Source: Mobula hypostoma
Taxonomy: Eukaryota
Assembly: GCF_963921235.1 (NCBI RefSeq)
Contig: NC_086118.1
Coordinates: 26,910,001 to 26,974,000, forward strand
Reading direction: 5' to 3'
Length of the DNA: 64,000 nucleotides
The notes under the pieces were generated by a model. The model was not told the origin of the DNA and did no database searches. It saw nothing but the letters and a program-made list of their open reading frames with translations. Below, one piece after another: positions 36,150 through 49,625 of this stretch. Numbering within the stretch: position 1 is the stretch's first letter; every line of letters starts with the position of its first letter. Both the position numbers and the translations under genes were made by a program.

Positions 36150-39100
36150 TAAAACCATAAGACATAACAGCAGAATTAGGCCATTTGGCCCATCACGTCT
36201 GCTCTGCTATTCGATCATGTCTGATTTATCTTCCTTCACTACTCCATTCTTCTGCCTTCTCACCATAACCATTGACACCCATACTAATGAGAAATTATAG
36301 AACTCTGCTTTAAATACACCTAATGACTTGGCCTCCATAGCAATCAATTCCACAGGTTCACCACCCTCTGGCTAAAAAAAAATTCCTTCTCATCTGAGTT
36401 CTGAAGGGACATCCTTCTATTCAGAGGCTGTACCCTCTGGCCCTTGACACTCACACAATCGGAAAGGTCCTCTCCAAGTCCACTCCATAAAGACCTTTCA
36501 AAATTTGGTTGGTTTTGATGAGATCCTCCATCATTCTTCTAAACTACAGTGAATTTAGGCCCATAGCCATCAAAAACACAAAATACTCTGCAGATACTGG
36601 GGTCAAAGCAACACGCACAACACGCTGGAGGAACTCAGCAGGTCGGGCAGCATCCGTGGAAACCAACAGTCAACGTTTCGGGCTGAGACCCTTTGTCAGG
36701 ACTGAAGAGGGAGGGGGCAGGGGCCCTATAAAGAAGGTGGGGGGAGGGTGGGAAGGAGAAGGCAGGTAGGTGCCAGGTGAAAAACCAGTAAGGGGAAAGA
36801 TCAAGGGGTGGGGGAGGGGAAGCAGGGAGGGAATAGGCAGGAAAGGTGAAGAAGGAATAGGGGAAAACACAATGGGTAGTAAAAGGAGGCGGAACCAAGA
36901 GGGAGGTGATAGGCAGCTGAAGGAGGGGATGGAGTGAAACTGGGATGGGGAGGGAATTACCGGAAGTTGGAGAATTCAATGTTCATGCCCAGGGGCTGGA
37001 GACTACCCAGACGGTATATGAGGTGTTGCTCCTCCAATTTCCAGTTTTTCACCTGGTACCTACCTGCCTTCTCCTTCCCACCCTTCCCCCACCGTCTTTA
37101 TAGGGCCTCTGCCCCTTCCCTCTTCAGTCCTGACGAAGGGTCTCTGCCCGAAACGACTGTTCATTTCCACGGATGCTGCCTGACCTGCTGAGTTCCTCCA
37201 GCGTGTTGTGCGCATAGCCATCAAATGTTCCTCATACATTAACCCTTTCATTCTCTGGGTCATTCTTGTAAACCTTCTCTGAACCTTCTCCAGTGCCAAC
37301 ACATCCTTCCATAGATATGGGCCCCAAAACTGCATGCAATACTCCATATGCAATCTGACCAATACTTTATACAGCTTTAGCATTACATCCTTACTTTGAG
37401 TCCTCCTGAAATGAATGCTAACATTGCATTTGCATTCCTTACCACCAACTCAGTCTGCAAGTTGACCATTAGGGAATCTGGCACTGGGAGTCCCAAGTCC
37501 CTTTGTGCCTCCGTTTCTGAATTTGCTCCAAGTTTGGAAAATACCTCATTCTACAGTTTTATTCCTTCTACCAGACTGCATGATCCCAGACTTCTCTGCA
37601 CTGTATTCCATCTGCCATTTCTTTGCCCATTCTCCTGAACTGTTAAATTCTTTTCGCAGGTTCCCTGCTTCCTCAACGTTACCTACCCCACCACCTATCT
37701 TTGTATCATCTACAAACCTGGCCACAATACCTTCAATTTTGTTATCGAGATCATTGACACATAACATGAAAAGTAGTGGACCCAACACCAAACCCTGTGG
37801 AACACCAATAGTCACTATCTGCCAACCAGAAAAGGACCCCATTATTCTCACTCTGCCTTTTGCCAGTCAACCAATCTTCTGTCCGTGCTAGTGTCTCTCC
37901 TGCAATACCATGGCCTCCTACCTTGCTTAGTAGCCTCAAATACGACATTTTGTCAAAGGCCTTCTGAAAATCTAAGTAAACAACTTTCACTGACTCTCCA
38001 TTGTCTATCCTGCCTGTTATTTCCTCAAAGGATCCCAATAGGTTTGCCAAGCAAGACTTTCCCTTGAGGAAACCATGCTGACTTCGGCCTTTCTTGTGAC
38101 TCCAACTTGCTTGAAACCTCATCCTTAATAATGGGCTCTAGCATCTTACCAACCACTGATGTCAGGCTAATTGACCTTTGCCTCCCTCCCTTCTTAAGAG
38201 TGGAGTGATATTGCAATTTTGCAGTCCTCCAGAGCATTCCAGAATCTAGTGATTCTTGAAAGATTACTACTAATGCCTCCAAAATCTCTTCAGCTACCTC
38301 ATTCAGAGCCCTGAGGTGTAGTCTGTCTGGTCCAGGTGACTTATCTACCTTCAGACTTTCAGTTTCTCAAGCACCTTCTCCTTAGTAATATCGACTACAT
38401 TCACTTCTGTCTCCTGACTCTTGAATTTTTGGCATGTTGCTGGTGTCATTTACATTGAAGATTGATACAAAATACCTAGTCATTTTGTCCGCCATTTTGC
38501 TGTTCACTATCATTACCTCTCAATTGTCATTTTCCAGCAGTCGGATGTCCACTCTTGTCTCTCTCTTATGCTTTATATTTCTGAAAAATAACTTTTGATA
38601 TCCACTTTTATATTATTAGCTAGATTACATTCAAATTTCATTCTTTTTCTCTTCATTGCTTATTTTAGTTGCCTTCTGTTAGCTTTTAAAACATCCCAAT
38701 CCTCCAGCTTCTGACTAATTTTTTACTGTATTTTATTTGAGTTTGCTTTTGCTTTTATGCTGTCTTTAATTTCCCTTGTCAGCCTCAGTTGCCTCATCTA
38801 AACCTTTTTGCTTCTTTCTGCTTCTTTTTGCTTTTTGTTTTTGCTTCTTTAGGATGAACTGATGGTGCGTCCTCCAAATTACTTCCAAATCTCCAGGCAT
38901 TGCTACTCTCCCATCATCCCTGCTATCGTCCCTTTCCAGTCAACTTTCGCGAGCTCCTCTCTTATGCCTTTGTAGTTATCTTTACTCAATTGTGAGACTG
39001 ATATATCCAAATTTAAATTTGCCCTCTTAAACTGCAGGGTGAGTTTTATCATTATTTTCACTGGCTCCTAAGGGTTCCTTTATTTTAAGCTGCTTAAACA

Positions 39101-40327
39101 AATCCGGTTCATTACACAATACCAAATTCCGAATTGGTGTTTCTCTAGTGATCCCTACCTCAAGCTGCTTTTAAAAAGCCATCTTGTAGGTGTTCCACTA
39201 TTTCCTTCTCTTGGAATCCAGCACCCCTTGATTTTCCCAATCTACCTGCGTATTAAAAATATTGTAACATTGCCCTTTTTACGTGCCTTTTCTGTCTCGT
39301 TTTGCAATTTGGACCTCACATCCTGGCTACTCTATATAATTCCCATCAGGGTCTTTTCAACCATGCAGTTTCTTAACCCTACCCACAAGGATTCTACATT
39401 TTCTGATCCTATGTCAGCTCTCTCTCAGGATTTAATTATTTTTTTTACCAATAGAGCCACTCCACCCGCTCTTCCCACCCTGTCTGTCTTTTCTATTGGA
39501 TGTGCATACTTGAAAGTTTAACTCCCAGCTGTGATCTTCTTTCAAACACAACTGTGTTGCCCACAACGTCATACCTGCCAATTTCTAACTGCGCTATAAG
39601 CTCATCTTAAACTCAAGAGATTCTGCAGTTGCTGGAAATCCAGTGCAACACGTACAAAATGCCGGAGAAACTCAGCAGGTCAGGTCAGGTCAGGGAATAA
39701 ACAGTTGATGTTTTGGGCCAAGACCCTACTTCGATTCATCTCATCTACCTTATTATGTATACTGTATGCGTTCAAGTATAACCTTTTTAGTCTTGTGTTT
39801 GTTCACCACTTTTCAATTTTGTCTCCACCTTGCCTAAAGTCAAATTCTCATTTTTTTCTAAACTTAGTTTTTTTCTTTATTCTGAAGACTTTAGCAACCT
39901 CTCCTGCACTTTACTTCCCTTTTACTTTATCCATACTTTTCCAAGCTGTTGAACTCACCTCCCTACTTTAAATCCCTAATTTAAAGCCCTATCCTCAGCC
40001 CTAGTGCTGTGTTTTATGAGGATCCTGGTCTCAACATAGTTTAGGTGAAGCCTGTCCCATTGGATCAGCTCTCTCTTCCATTACTGATGGCCAGTGTCCC
40101 ACCAATTCAAATCCACTTTTCCCTCACCAATCTTTGAGCCACACATTTAATTCTCTGATTTAATTAACTCTGTGTCAATATGCATGTGGCTCAGGTAACA
40201 AACTAGAGATTATTACCTTTTCGGTTTTGTCATTTTATTTCGTCCCTAGCTTCTCAAATCCCTCAGCCCAGCCTCTTTCCGTGTTCTTTATTATGTTGTT
40301 GATGCCCATGTGGACCACAACAACTGG
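36150..40327 (-). mobile_element. Long decayed CR1 LINE (ORF1 esterase remnant through RT and 3' UTR) with nested PLE insertions
   Basis: PVVVVHMGIN at about 40300 (SGNH-esterase-like ORF1), SQHGFLKGKSCL, YLDFQKAFDK, GVPQGLVLGPLLF, RFVDDTKIGG and LVRLHMEYCMQFW. Confidence 0.9.
36575..37212 (-). mobile_element. Penelope-like pseudo-LTR insertion with inverted arm and 13-bp TSD
   Basis: CATAGCCATCAAA at 36562-36574 and 37213-37225. 37041-37212 is the inverted copy of about 36614-36790. The hammerhead core is mutated in both arms. Confidence 0.92.
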
Positions 40328-40374
40328 AGGTCAACTGGACAGCCTACAATCTGGTATTTTACACTGAATTTAAT

Positions 40375-40775
40375 AAATATTGAATTCTCTGCCTTTTGGT
40401 ACACCGCTCCCCCTCTGTCTGCTGCTCTTTCTCCTCCTGATCTACCCAGCCTTTTCTCTCTTCCACTAGCTCCATCGGCCCATTTCCCACACATTCTTCC
40501 CCTCTGCTCTCCCCATGTCTCTCCCTTTAATCCATGCTTCACCTTCTCCTGTCGGACTCCCATCTCACCCGCCAGTTCTTGCTCTACTCCCCCCCCCCCC
40601 CGCCACCTTTTCATACTGGTTACCTCCCTTGTATCGTTTTGTTCACCTGAAGAGTCTTGACCTGAAACATCGACTGTCCATTTCTCTTCATAGATGCTGC
40701 TTGACCTGTTGAGTTCCCCCATCAGATTGTTGCTCCAGATGCCAGCATCTGCATATTCCTGTGTCTCCCTGTTGT
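40375..40775 (+). mobile_element. Old Penelope-like pseudo-LTR
   Basis: NIEFS remnant, pyrimidine-rich tract, degenerate core CTGAAGA...GAAACATCGACTG and the family 3' end. Confidence 0.7.
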
Positions 40776-42620
40776 TAAGAGTGAACACAACATCTTTGGG
40801 CACTGCTGTGATCTCCCTATTCCTGCCAGCTTTTCCAAAGCCCTCCCCAACCTGTGTGCCAGGTTGAACCTGACTCTTCACAACATCCTCAAAGCTCAGC
40901 TTCAGCAACCTCCCACCCACCCCTCCACCCAGCCACCCCTTCATCACTTCTACACTTTCAAAGTTGCCCACATCTGACCCACCCTGAAGTCAACTGCAGT
41001 TAAATGTCTGAGCCATACCTGAAACTTCAGATGGTTATTTACAGTGATCTAATGCCTATACCTTAACTTGTGTGCTCACCTACCACCTCATGATCATGCT
41101 GATGTACACTGGTTACCTGTACACCAATACCTCAGATATAAAGGATGCCTTCATGGCCTTGTTACTCTGTTTAATTTCCTCCTGTACTGCCTTCCACCTT
41201 CCAAACACAATTCCAGTGATGGAATTGGGAGTACATAACCAGTCCCAGTTATGTACTTCCACCTCTGTTCTGTTTGCACCTCTGGGGCCAACTTTCAGCA
41301 ACCCAAACCTCTCCTTTATAATTCTTTGCCTAAATGTAATTGCAATAGCCCTACCTAAAATCTACTTTATGGCTTCAAGCCCGGTTTTTGATAACCCATC
41401 TCTGCAGAACTGCAGAACATTTTTCTACATTAAGGATGACCCAAGTAATTTAATTGGTATCAGTAAGTGAGGCTCTGTGCCAACTGAAAAGCAGTGTTCT
41501 CTGAAGCCAAGGTGAATGCGGCTTCTGAAGGCACATTATATTTAGAGCCAGTGGCACAAGAGGAAGGAAATACCGATTTCTTGTTTTATTTTAAACTAAG
41601 CAGCCTAAATGTAGACATATGCCACTTCTGTGGTCTATTTTTGATGTGAAAGATGTTGTAGAAAAGACACTTAAAGAAGAGGCATATACAATATTTTGAT
41701 ACAGTGTGAGTTCTAAAAGCCTTTCAGTTGTCATGGAAAGCAAACGCTGGTGAGGAAAGTAGCTCAGCAAGTTAAGAAAGAAAAACGATCAATAGTAGAA
41801 AATGATGCAGTGCTGATTTTAGCACAGAGAAAATGATCAGAACACCGCAGTACATTTTAGAATTTCAGATTGAATGTCCTTTGTAAACAGAGGAATAATA
41901 TTGAATAGTTTTAGTAATATTTTCTTCTACTTCCAGACTGAAATAATTTTAGGTCCTGTAGTCTGTGGAAAGAACTTAAATACATTCTTAAATTGTGGAA
42001 CTTCTTAGAGATTTATTGTCTTCCTGCTCTGTTAAAAGTCAACATTTTGCACCTGTGCATTTGGGGTGTCAAACTGGATTGCCCTAGAAATCGGTGTGGA
42101 AACCTTGATGCAGACAAATCTTGCCCAGTAAGTCTTGCTCATTATAATAGTTCCAGCACGTAGATGGCTGTTCAATGGGTCATTGCCTCAGTCAGAGGTT
42201 TAAGTTTGTGACTGGCTACCCCTATTGAAATGACTCAATTGCAGCATTCCACTGAAGTGAGGTCCCCAGTATCCTTGTTAATATTTATGTCTCAGTGAAC
42301 ATAAAAATTATAGTCTTCTAGCCACAGCTATAATCACAGCTCTCTGTGCATGGAAGCTTGTTTACTGTAACTTTTGCCGCGGTTCCTAAAATATAAAAAG
42401 GGTTGCACTTCAATCTCGACAATTAAATATTCTGGGATGTGAGAGACAGTATTTAAATACAGACCTTCCATGGAACTAAAATTCAGTTTTATAAAACTTG
42501 TACAAGATTTTGTACAAAACTTGGAAAAATATTCTCAGCACAATTTTTAATTATATTAACTGATAGCTTTTATGTTGCTGCATCATTCTGAATGACTTGA
42601 GTTCAGTTTGAAGGGAAATG

Positions 42621-43188
42621 CACTCAGTGGCCAGTTTATTAAGTATACCTGTACACTTGCTCAATTAATGCAAATATCAAATCATCCAATCATGTCGCAG
42701 CATCTCAATGCATAAAAGCATGCAGGCATGGTCAGGAGGTTCAATTGTTTTTCAGACCAAACATCAGAATGGGGAAGAAATGTGATTAAGTGACTTTGAC
42801 TGTGGAATGATCGTTGGTTCCAGATGGGGTGGTTTGAATATCTCAGAAACTGCTGATCTCCTGGGGTTTTCGTGTACATCTGTCTCTAGAGTTTGCAGAG
42901 AATGGTGTGCAAAATCAAAAACATCCCATATGCTGCAGTTCTGTGGACAAAAGCGCCTCGTTAATGAGGGAGGTCAGTGGAGAATGGTTAGATTGGTTCA
43001 AACTGACAAGAAGGCAACCGTAAGTCAAACAACCATGCATTACAACAGCTTTGTGCAGAAGAGCATCTCTGAATGCACAATACGTCAGATCTTGGCGTGA
43101 GTGGGCTACAGCAGCAAAAGACCAGAAACATACACTCACTGGCCATTTTATAAAGTCATTCAAGTACCTAATAAAGTGGCACTGAGTG
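42621..43188 (+). mobile_element. Non-autonomous Tc1-family element
   Basis: TIRs CACTCAGTGGCCAGTTTATTAAGTA and TACCTAATAAAGTGGCACTGAGTG followed by TA. ORF 42807-43100 is a Tc1 N-terminal HTH remnant. Confidence 0.88.
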
Positions 43189-43489
43189 TATATGGAACAT
43201 GCTGCCAGATGAAATGATAGATGTGGGTATAATTACAATGTTTTAAAGACAAATGACAGAAAGGTTGTGAGGGTTATGAGTCAAATACAGGCATGTGGAA
43301 CAAACTCAAGAAGATGATGCTGTTGACATGGATGAGATGAGCTGAATCATCTGCTTCCATGATATATAACTGACTTTATTTATCTATTCATAAAATATAC
43401 TTCCTGATGTCTGTTTGCAAGCTCTGATCACTGAATTGGTGACAGGTATGTACACACACATTTATAACACATTGTGCTAGTCAATATTA

Positions 43490-44030
43490 TAACCATATAA
43501 CAATTAGAGCACGGAAACAGGCCATCTCAGCCCTTCTAGTCCATGCCGAACTCTTACTCTCACCTAGTCCCACCGACCTGCACTCAGCCCATAACCCTCC
43601 ATTCCTTTCCTGTCCATATAGCTGTCCAATTTATCTTTAAATGACAACATCGAACCTGCCTCAACCACTTCTGCTGGAAGCTCGTTCCACACAGCTACCA
43701 CTCTCTGAGTAAAGAAGTTCCTCCTCATGTTACCCCTAAACTTTTGCCCTTTAACTCTCAACTCATGTCCTCTTGTTTGACTCTTCCCCCACTCTCAATG
43801 GAAAAAGCCTATTCACGTCAACTCTATCTATCCCCCCTCATAATTTTAAATACCTCTATCAAGTACCTGCTCAACCTTCTACGCTCCAAAGAATAAAGAC
43901 CCAACTTGATCACCCTTTCTCTGTAATTTAGGAGATGAAACCCAGGTAACATTCTAGTAAATCTTCTCTGTACTCTCTCAATTTTGTTGACATCTTTCCT
44001 ATAATTCGGTGACCAGAACTGTACACAATA
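43490..44030 (-). mobile_element. CR1 LINE 3' end
   Basis: FFTQRVVAVWNELPAEVVEAG (ORF 43564-43761) and 3' UTR. Confidence 0.88.
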
Positions 44031-46197
44031 TTTTGGTAAGGGAATTGCTTAAGGCATTAGGCTGTAACCTTCACCATAAATATGTAGAGTAATGAGAATG
44101 TCATGTCAATCAACCCTGATTTCATCTCATTAGCTCCCAAATTGACACTCAATACTCCAGCTTCTAACCTTGAACCAGCAACAGGAAGGATTATCTCTTC
44201 ACCACCCTACAAGCATTAACTAAGGGCATCACTCTTGCTTGTGCCATGTGGTTGCTCTCAAGTTTGGTGAATTTGTTGATATTTGTGATCGGAAGAAAGA
44301 ACATAGAGAGCAAAAGGTTTTCAGTAAGAAATTATGTTTTTATGGATTCTAGGAATAAATCTCTTGATTGGACATCAGTCGGGGAGTGCATGAGTCATCT
44401 GTGCTTCAGTAAAGCCTTGTGAAAATTGACCATCTGCTCTGGGCATTTCAGAAAAGGGCTGGTATCATACGGGTAGCAGTTCACCATACAGACTGGCTCA
44501 ACGACGAGCAGTAGAGTGGCTTTAAAATCCGTAGAAGTCCAGGCACTAAATGCTCATGGCTTAGAATCAAAATATTCTATACATCTGAATTTCACAGCTT
44601 ATTTCTGGCTCAAATAGGATTGGAAATGCAAAGTCAATTTTTTTTGTGATTGAAATCAATACCAAGCTTAATTCAAAACTGTAGATGAAATGAATTAGCT
44701 TAAGATATTACACATTAGCTCATACTGTGTAGTTTTTAAATTGCCTTTCGCAGTTCAAATTAGTTGATTTGAAAATTCTGTTCTCTTCTGGTTTCACGAT
44801 CTTGTGATATATGTCTAGAGAACTATGGTTTAGTTCATTTGCAATTGCAATAGTATCCATGGGATACCCAAGGTGCAATTCTTTATTTGCTTGTAGATTT
44901 ATTAATTATCATGAAATATGATACATAAATCATCAGAAAGAATAGATTTGTCAAGACATTTTCTTTGTTCTTATTTATCTGCTGGTCTTGTTAACATATT
45001 CTGGCAAGCATTAGGTCGTGTGGAACTGGTTGTTAGTGAAAACATTTGTATTGATTTCTTCTATAGCATAGAAATGTACAAAGCAGTGAAAGAGCTCACT
45101 GATAAATATGTTGCATCAGAATCTGGTTTAATATCACTGGCAATATGTAATCATAGAGAAAAAATGTGATTTAATGTAAATTATATTATAATGGCTCCAT
45201 CTGTCTAAGTAGACAATGGATGCGCCCGGTTTAGGACTCAAGTGACCTCTCCAGGGTGCAGACCTGGGCGATGAATATGGAGATCCTGGGCTGCCCAGAC
45301 ATCAAGATCCCCCTCTCGGCCTCACGTATGTGGTCCAAAGGAATGCGAAGCAGTACATTTGGCATCAGCTTGGCTGCAGGAGCTGCTGGGAGGTGACATG
45401 ATACGTCATCCAACCGCCTTAGGGGCTCCACTCCGGATTAGTGTAGGGTTTACTCCTTAGCCTTCTCTTCTCCCGAAGATACCCACAAGGCAGTAGGATC
45501 CGTAATCCTGGACAGGGGCCCATCCCGGGTACTGTTAGCTGGAGCCAGCTGTGCCTGGGACTCGAGGAAGGCAGGGTTGTCACGCCTTGTAGTAGTGACA
45601 TATGGAGGCACTACCCACTACCAAGAGGAATATATATATATAAAAGAGTTAAATAAGCAGTGCAATAAAAATAGTAAGGTTTAATGCCCATTCAGAAATC
45701 GGATAGCGGAGGAAAAGAATCTGTTCCTGAGTCACTGAGTGTGTGCCTTCATCAGACTGCAGAGTCCTTGAAACAGTCTTGGAATATTCAATTTAGTTCA
45801 GTTCAATTTAGCGCTATGTCATTTGTTGCCTGCGGGCCGCAGAGCCAGTCTGCTTTGATCTGTGTGTTATTTGCTTGTTTTTTTGCTGTTTGGGTGTCTG
45901 ATGTTTTCTTTGATGGGGTTCCATGGTGTTTGTTTCGTAGCTGTGTATGGGAAGACAAATCTCACTGTGGTATACTGCACACGTTGATAATGTACATACT
46001 TTGAATCTACAGTATACTACCTTAATCTAATAACCTATCAATCTCCGCTTTGGGGGAGAGTTCTAGATTTTTACTGTTGCATTTGAGAAATGCTGCTGCC
46101 ATATTTGATTTCTAAATGATTCGGCTCTAATTTTAAGATGCCATTGTTTAAAGAAATTGTCTTCAGACTGAATATTCATTTTCTCCTACCTTCAAAG

Positions 46198-46277
46198 CAG
46201 GGGTTCCCAGACTAGGGTCTATGGACCCCTCCGTTAATGGTAAGGATTCGTGGCATAAGCAAGGTTGGAAATCCCTG
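46198..46277. mobile_element. 80-bp hAT (Charlie-like) MITE
   Basis: Ends CAGGGGTTCCCA and TGGAAATCCCTG. The 8-bp flanks CTTCAAAG and CTTTAAAG match 7/8. Confidence 0.8.
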
Positions 46278-47202
46278 CTTTAAAGTATGGTTAAATAAGG
46301 AACTGAAATAGTTTTAAGGGCAAAATGAGCCGCTAAACTCCACTGAGGACTCGAAGACGTAAATAACATTTGATGAAAGCTTTATGTTCAAAGTTTGGCA
46401 ATGACACAACAGTAGGTCAATATTTATAAGCAGTATAAATTGAAGCAAAAAAATGACAGATTTATAGAATTAGTGAAGCAGAGGAACAGGTCTTTGACCC
46501 TTGTGTATATCAGCGGAGAGTGAAGCTCTGTTGTGGCACTCCAGGTTTTTTGGCGGCACTCAATGGACAGGCCTCAAGCTGCAGAATTGCCTGCTTTTCA
46601 GCTGCCGGAGGAGAGGCCTGTGAGCCATCTTGTTCTCCTGGGGATGGGGATGGCGTAGAGCAGTTGTGGTGGCTGAAGATTTAAAATGGACTGTATACAT
46701 ATATATTTGTCTGGTTGCGTTTTTACTAATGTTTTACTGGTATATATGCTTGTATATGCCAGGACTGAGCTTCAAAGCCACGGTGTTGCCTAGCAGGCGT
46801 CGGGGACCAGTCGACAGATGATATTGGTAGGTTGGGGGGGTTTGGACTGTTTATATACATCCATATTCTGAGTTGTTGTACTTTTACTGATAATCTATGT
46901 GGATTTATTCACTTGTATGCATCAAGCCACAGTGTCAGGGGGTTGGTGGGGAGGTGAGCCTTGGATTTCTCATTACATGATTGTGATCTTTGGTGTGCTT
47001 ACTGTGTGTGACTGTTGGTAATGTGTCTTTGCACCTTGACCCCGTAGTAATGCGGTTTCGTGTGGCTGTATTCATGAGTATTCATATATGGTTAAATGAC
47101 AATTAAGCTTGAATTGAAGGTAAATGCTTGAAACGGTCAGCAGGATGTTTATGGAAGGGAAGTATAGGGATAACATTTTAGGGTGATGTCATTTTACCAA
47201 AT

Positions 47203-47450
47203 GGCCGGCTGGTAGCGTAGTAGCATCAGTGCCGGACTTCAGAGCGATGGCTCCAGAGTTTGAATCCAGCAGGCTCCCTTGCATGCTTTCCATCTGTGCT
47301 GGGTTGAGTATCGAGCTAGCAACTCAGCCTCGTAAAAATAAGAAAGCCTGCTAAAACGTCGTCATGGCAGCATCCCAATGACTCCACTTGGAGTTAAGGG
47401 CTTTCTTCTTCTTCCTCCTCCTCTTCCTCCTCCTCCTCTTTCTCTTCTCC
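47203..47450 (+). mobile_element. tRNA-derived SINE with (CTT/CCT)n tail
   Basis: A-box-like TAGCGTAGTAG, B-box-like GTTTGAATCC, a non-tRNA body, then a simple-repeat tail at 47401-47450. Confidence 0.75.
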
Positions 47451-48553
47451 CCAAGCGATGCATTTCAAATATTTCTACTTTAATTGGCTGAAGCTATTTA
47501 TAACCAGTTAGAATCCAGGTGTAGAGTTCATTATTTCTCTGGACTTGATGATGTTTGGAAAAGGTGCAGAAGGAAATTGGATAAGATACATATTTTTAAA
47601 CATATAAATGTGAATAAAGTAAAACCAGATTACTACTACCAGCCAAGAATGCAAAGAGTGAATAATCAAAAGAAATATTAGTACAGAATATATTGGGAGT
47701 TTCTTCAGTATATTAAAATGAGTATTTGAATTAAGGTAGTAGAGGAAAAAGCTATGATGTTGCTCGAAATACACCTGGATACTCTGATGAAAAAGTTGTG
47801 CATGAAGATAATGAACTTGGAAATACTGTATGTGAACTACTTTTTCCCCTGGCTTCTGTTATGTACTATCAGTTAAAAAAATATGTTTGTTCTGTTGCAG
47901 AAACTATATGATTTGAATCTTAATTGGAGTTTATTTAAGTAGCTGATGAGAGTGTAGATCTTTTGTTCACTGTCATTATAAGTGATTACACTGAACCGTG
48001 CATTCTTTTTTGAAAATATATCTAATTACATGGTTCCCTTAGTAGGAGGCATTCCATTTCTATGACATTTTGATTTTGCTTCCCAGCTGCACCTCACATT
48101 TTTACTGTAAATTGAGAAGAGGGCGAGGTAGAAGGTGGAACAGAGATCTGGAGAATCTGATCTCAACAGGAAATGAATTAGCAGTCTTTTTGAAGCTGAT
48201 GCATTATTCTGCAGCACGTGTAGGAAATTGAATGTTACTCTTGTATTGCCAGTAAAAACCAGCATAAGAACCAGAGCTGTCAGGCTGGGTAACTGCTTCT
48301 TACCCAGGCTATTAGACTTCTTAACACCCTGCTGCCACCCAGCATGCACGTACACTTTGTCTGAATGTCCTGCCATGACCCCTCACCCCATCCCACCCCC
48401 TACTCCCCAACTCACAGATACACTCTCATCTTGCACTGGTCACTTTTCACCTTTTATTGCTGCTGTTTCACATATTTATACAACTGTTGGTTTGATTATA
48501 GTAGTGCCAGTGTCATTACACAGTCTGACATAAACAGGCACTACACATCATAT

Positions 48554-48788
48554 CAACACACATAAAAAGTGCTGGTGAACGCAGCAGGCCAGGCAGCATC
48601 TATAGGAAGAGGTACAGTCGACGTTTCGGGCCGAGTCCATTTGGACTAACGAAGGGTCCCGGCCCAAAACGTCGACTGTACCTCTTCCTATAGATGCTGC
48701 CTGGCCTGCTGCGTTCACCAGCACTTTTTATGTGTGTTGTTTGAATTTCCAGCATTTGCAGATTTCCTTGTGTCTGCGTTTTTAACTT
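48554..48788 (+). mobile_element. Fold-back Penelope-like mini-element with 10-bp TSD
   Basis: CACATCATAT at 48544-48553 and 48789-48798. Inverted arms about 48554-48632 and 48661-48739, then an unpaired tail. Confidence 0.9.
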
Positions 48789-49139
48789 CACATCATATGT
48801 CACTCAGAACTTGTGCAAATATTATTCTTCTGCCTGTGCGTATTGGATCGTAACTGTATGACGCCAGAGGATCGATGTTTTGTTTAGCTGCGTACGTGTG
48901 TATGGCTGAATGACCATAAATTCGAACTTGAAAAATTTTGTTTTGTGGCAAATGTTTGTTTTAAAGTCGGGGATTGCTGCAGTTTAAGCTGATAACTGTT
49001 TAGCTGGGTTTGGGAAGCAGGCAGGCTGTATTAGGGGACTATCAAATGATGTGATGTTACCAAACTTACTAAGAACTGGCATCAAATTAATGTGAACGGT
49101 GAGGGTTTGGTTGATTATTTACTTGTTTATCCATCCACA

Positions 49140-49392
49140 TATCTAACAACATGGAATAGGGCCTTTCCAGCCCTTTGAGCCATGCCGACCAGCAATCCCT
49201 CTGATTTAATCGTAGCCTAATCACGGGACAATTTACAATGACCAATTAACCTCCCACCAGTAGGTCTTTGGACTGCAGAGGAAACTCATACGGGGAAAAA
49301 TGTACAAACTCCTTACAGGCAGCAGCAGGAATTGAACCTGGGTCACTTATACTTCAATACATTGTGCTAATCATTACACTACCGTGCTGCCC
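49140..49392 (-). mobile_element. V-SINE (partial)
   Basis: Reverse complement of the 25.9-kb SINE body (GGACAATTTACAATGACCAATTAACC). Confidence 0.75.
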
Positions 49393-49625
49393 TATGTGGT
49401 TTTGTTGTACTGGATCATACCTTAGTTTACAAACATCTTTATCTTCCATCATTTGATTGTTTATTTTAAATGGTGAAAAGCTTCAGACAGTAGTAGATAA
49501 TCCTAAGCATTCTTGTAAAGAGGGCTCCATCTTGAGAAGGGTTTGAATAATAAATTACTGGTTAAACTGTTATCAATTTGCATAGTTAATTCTGCCAATA
49601 TTCACTGGACAATCGGACAATCTAA

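Noticed and set aside
40291..40971. 226-aa minus-strand ORF
   Set aside because: Glycine-rich read-through across a purine-rich PLE pseudo-LTR and the CR1 end, with no recognisable domain.
47203..47280. tRNA gene
   Set aside because: Degenerate cloverleaf that runs into a SINE body and simple-repeat tail.
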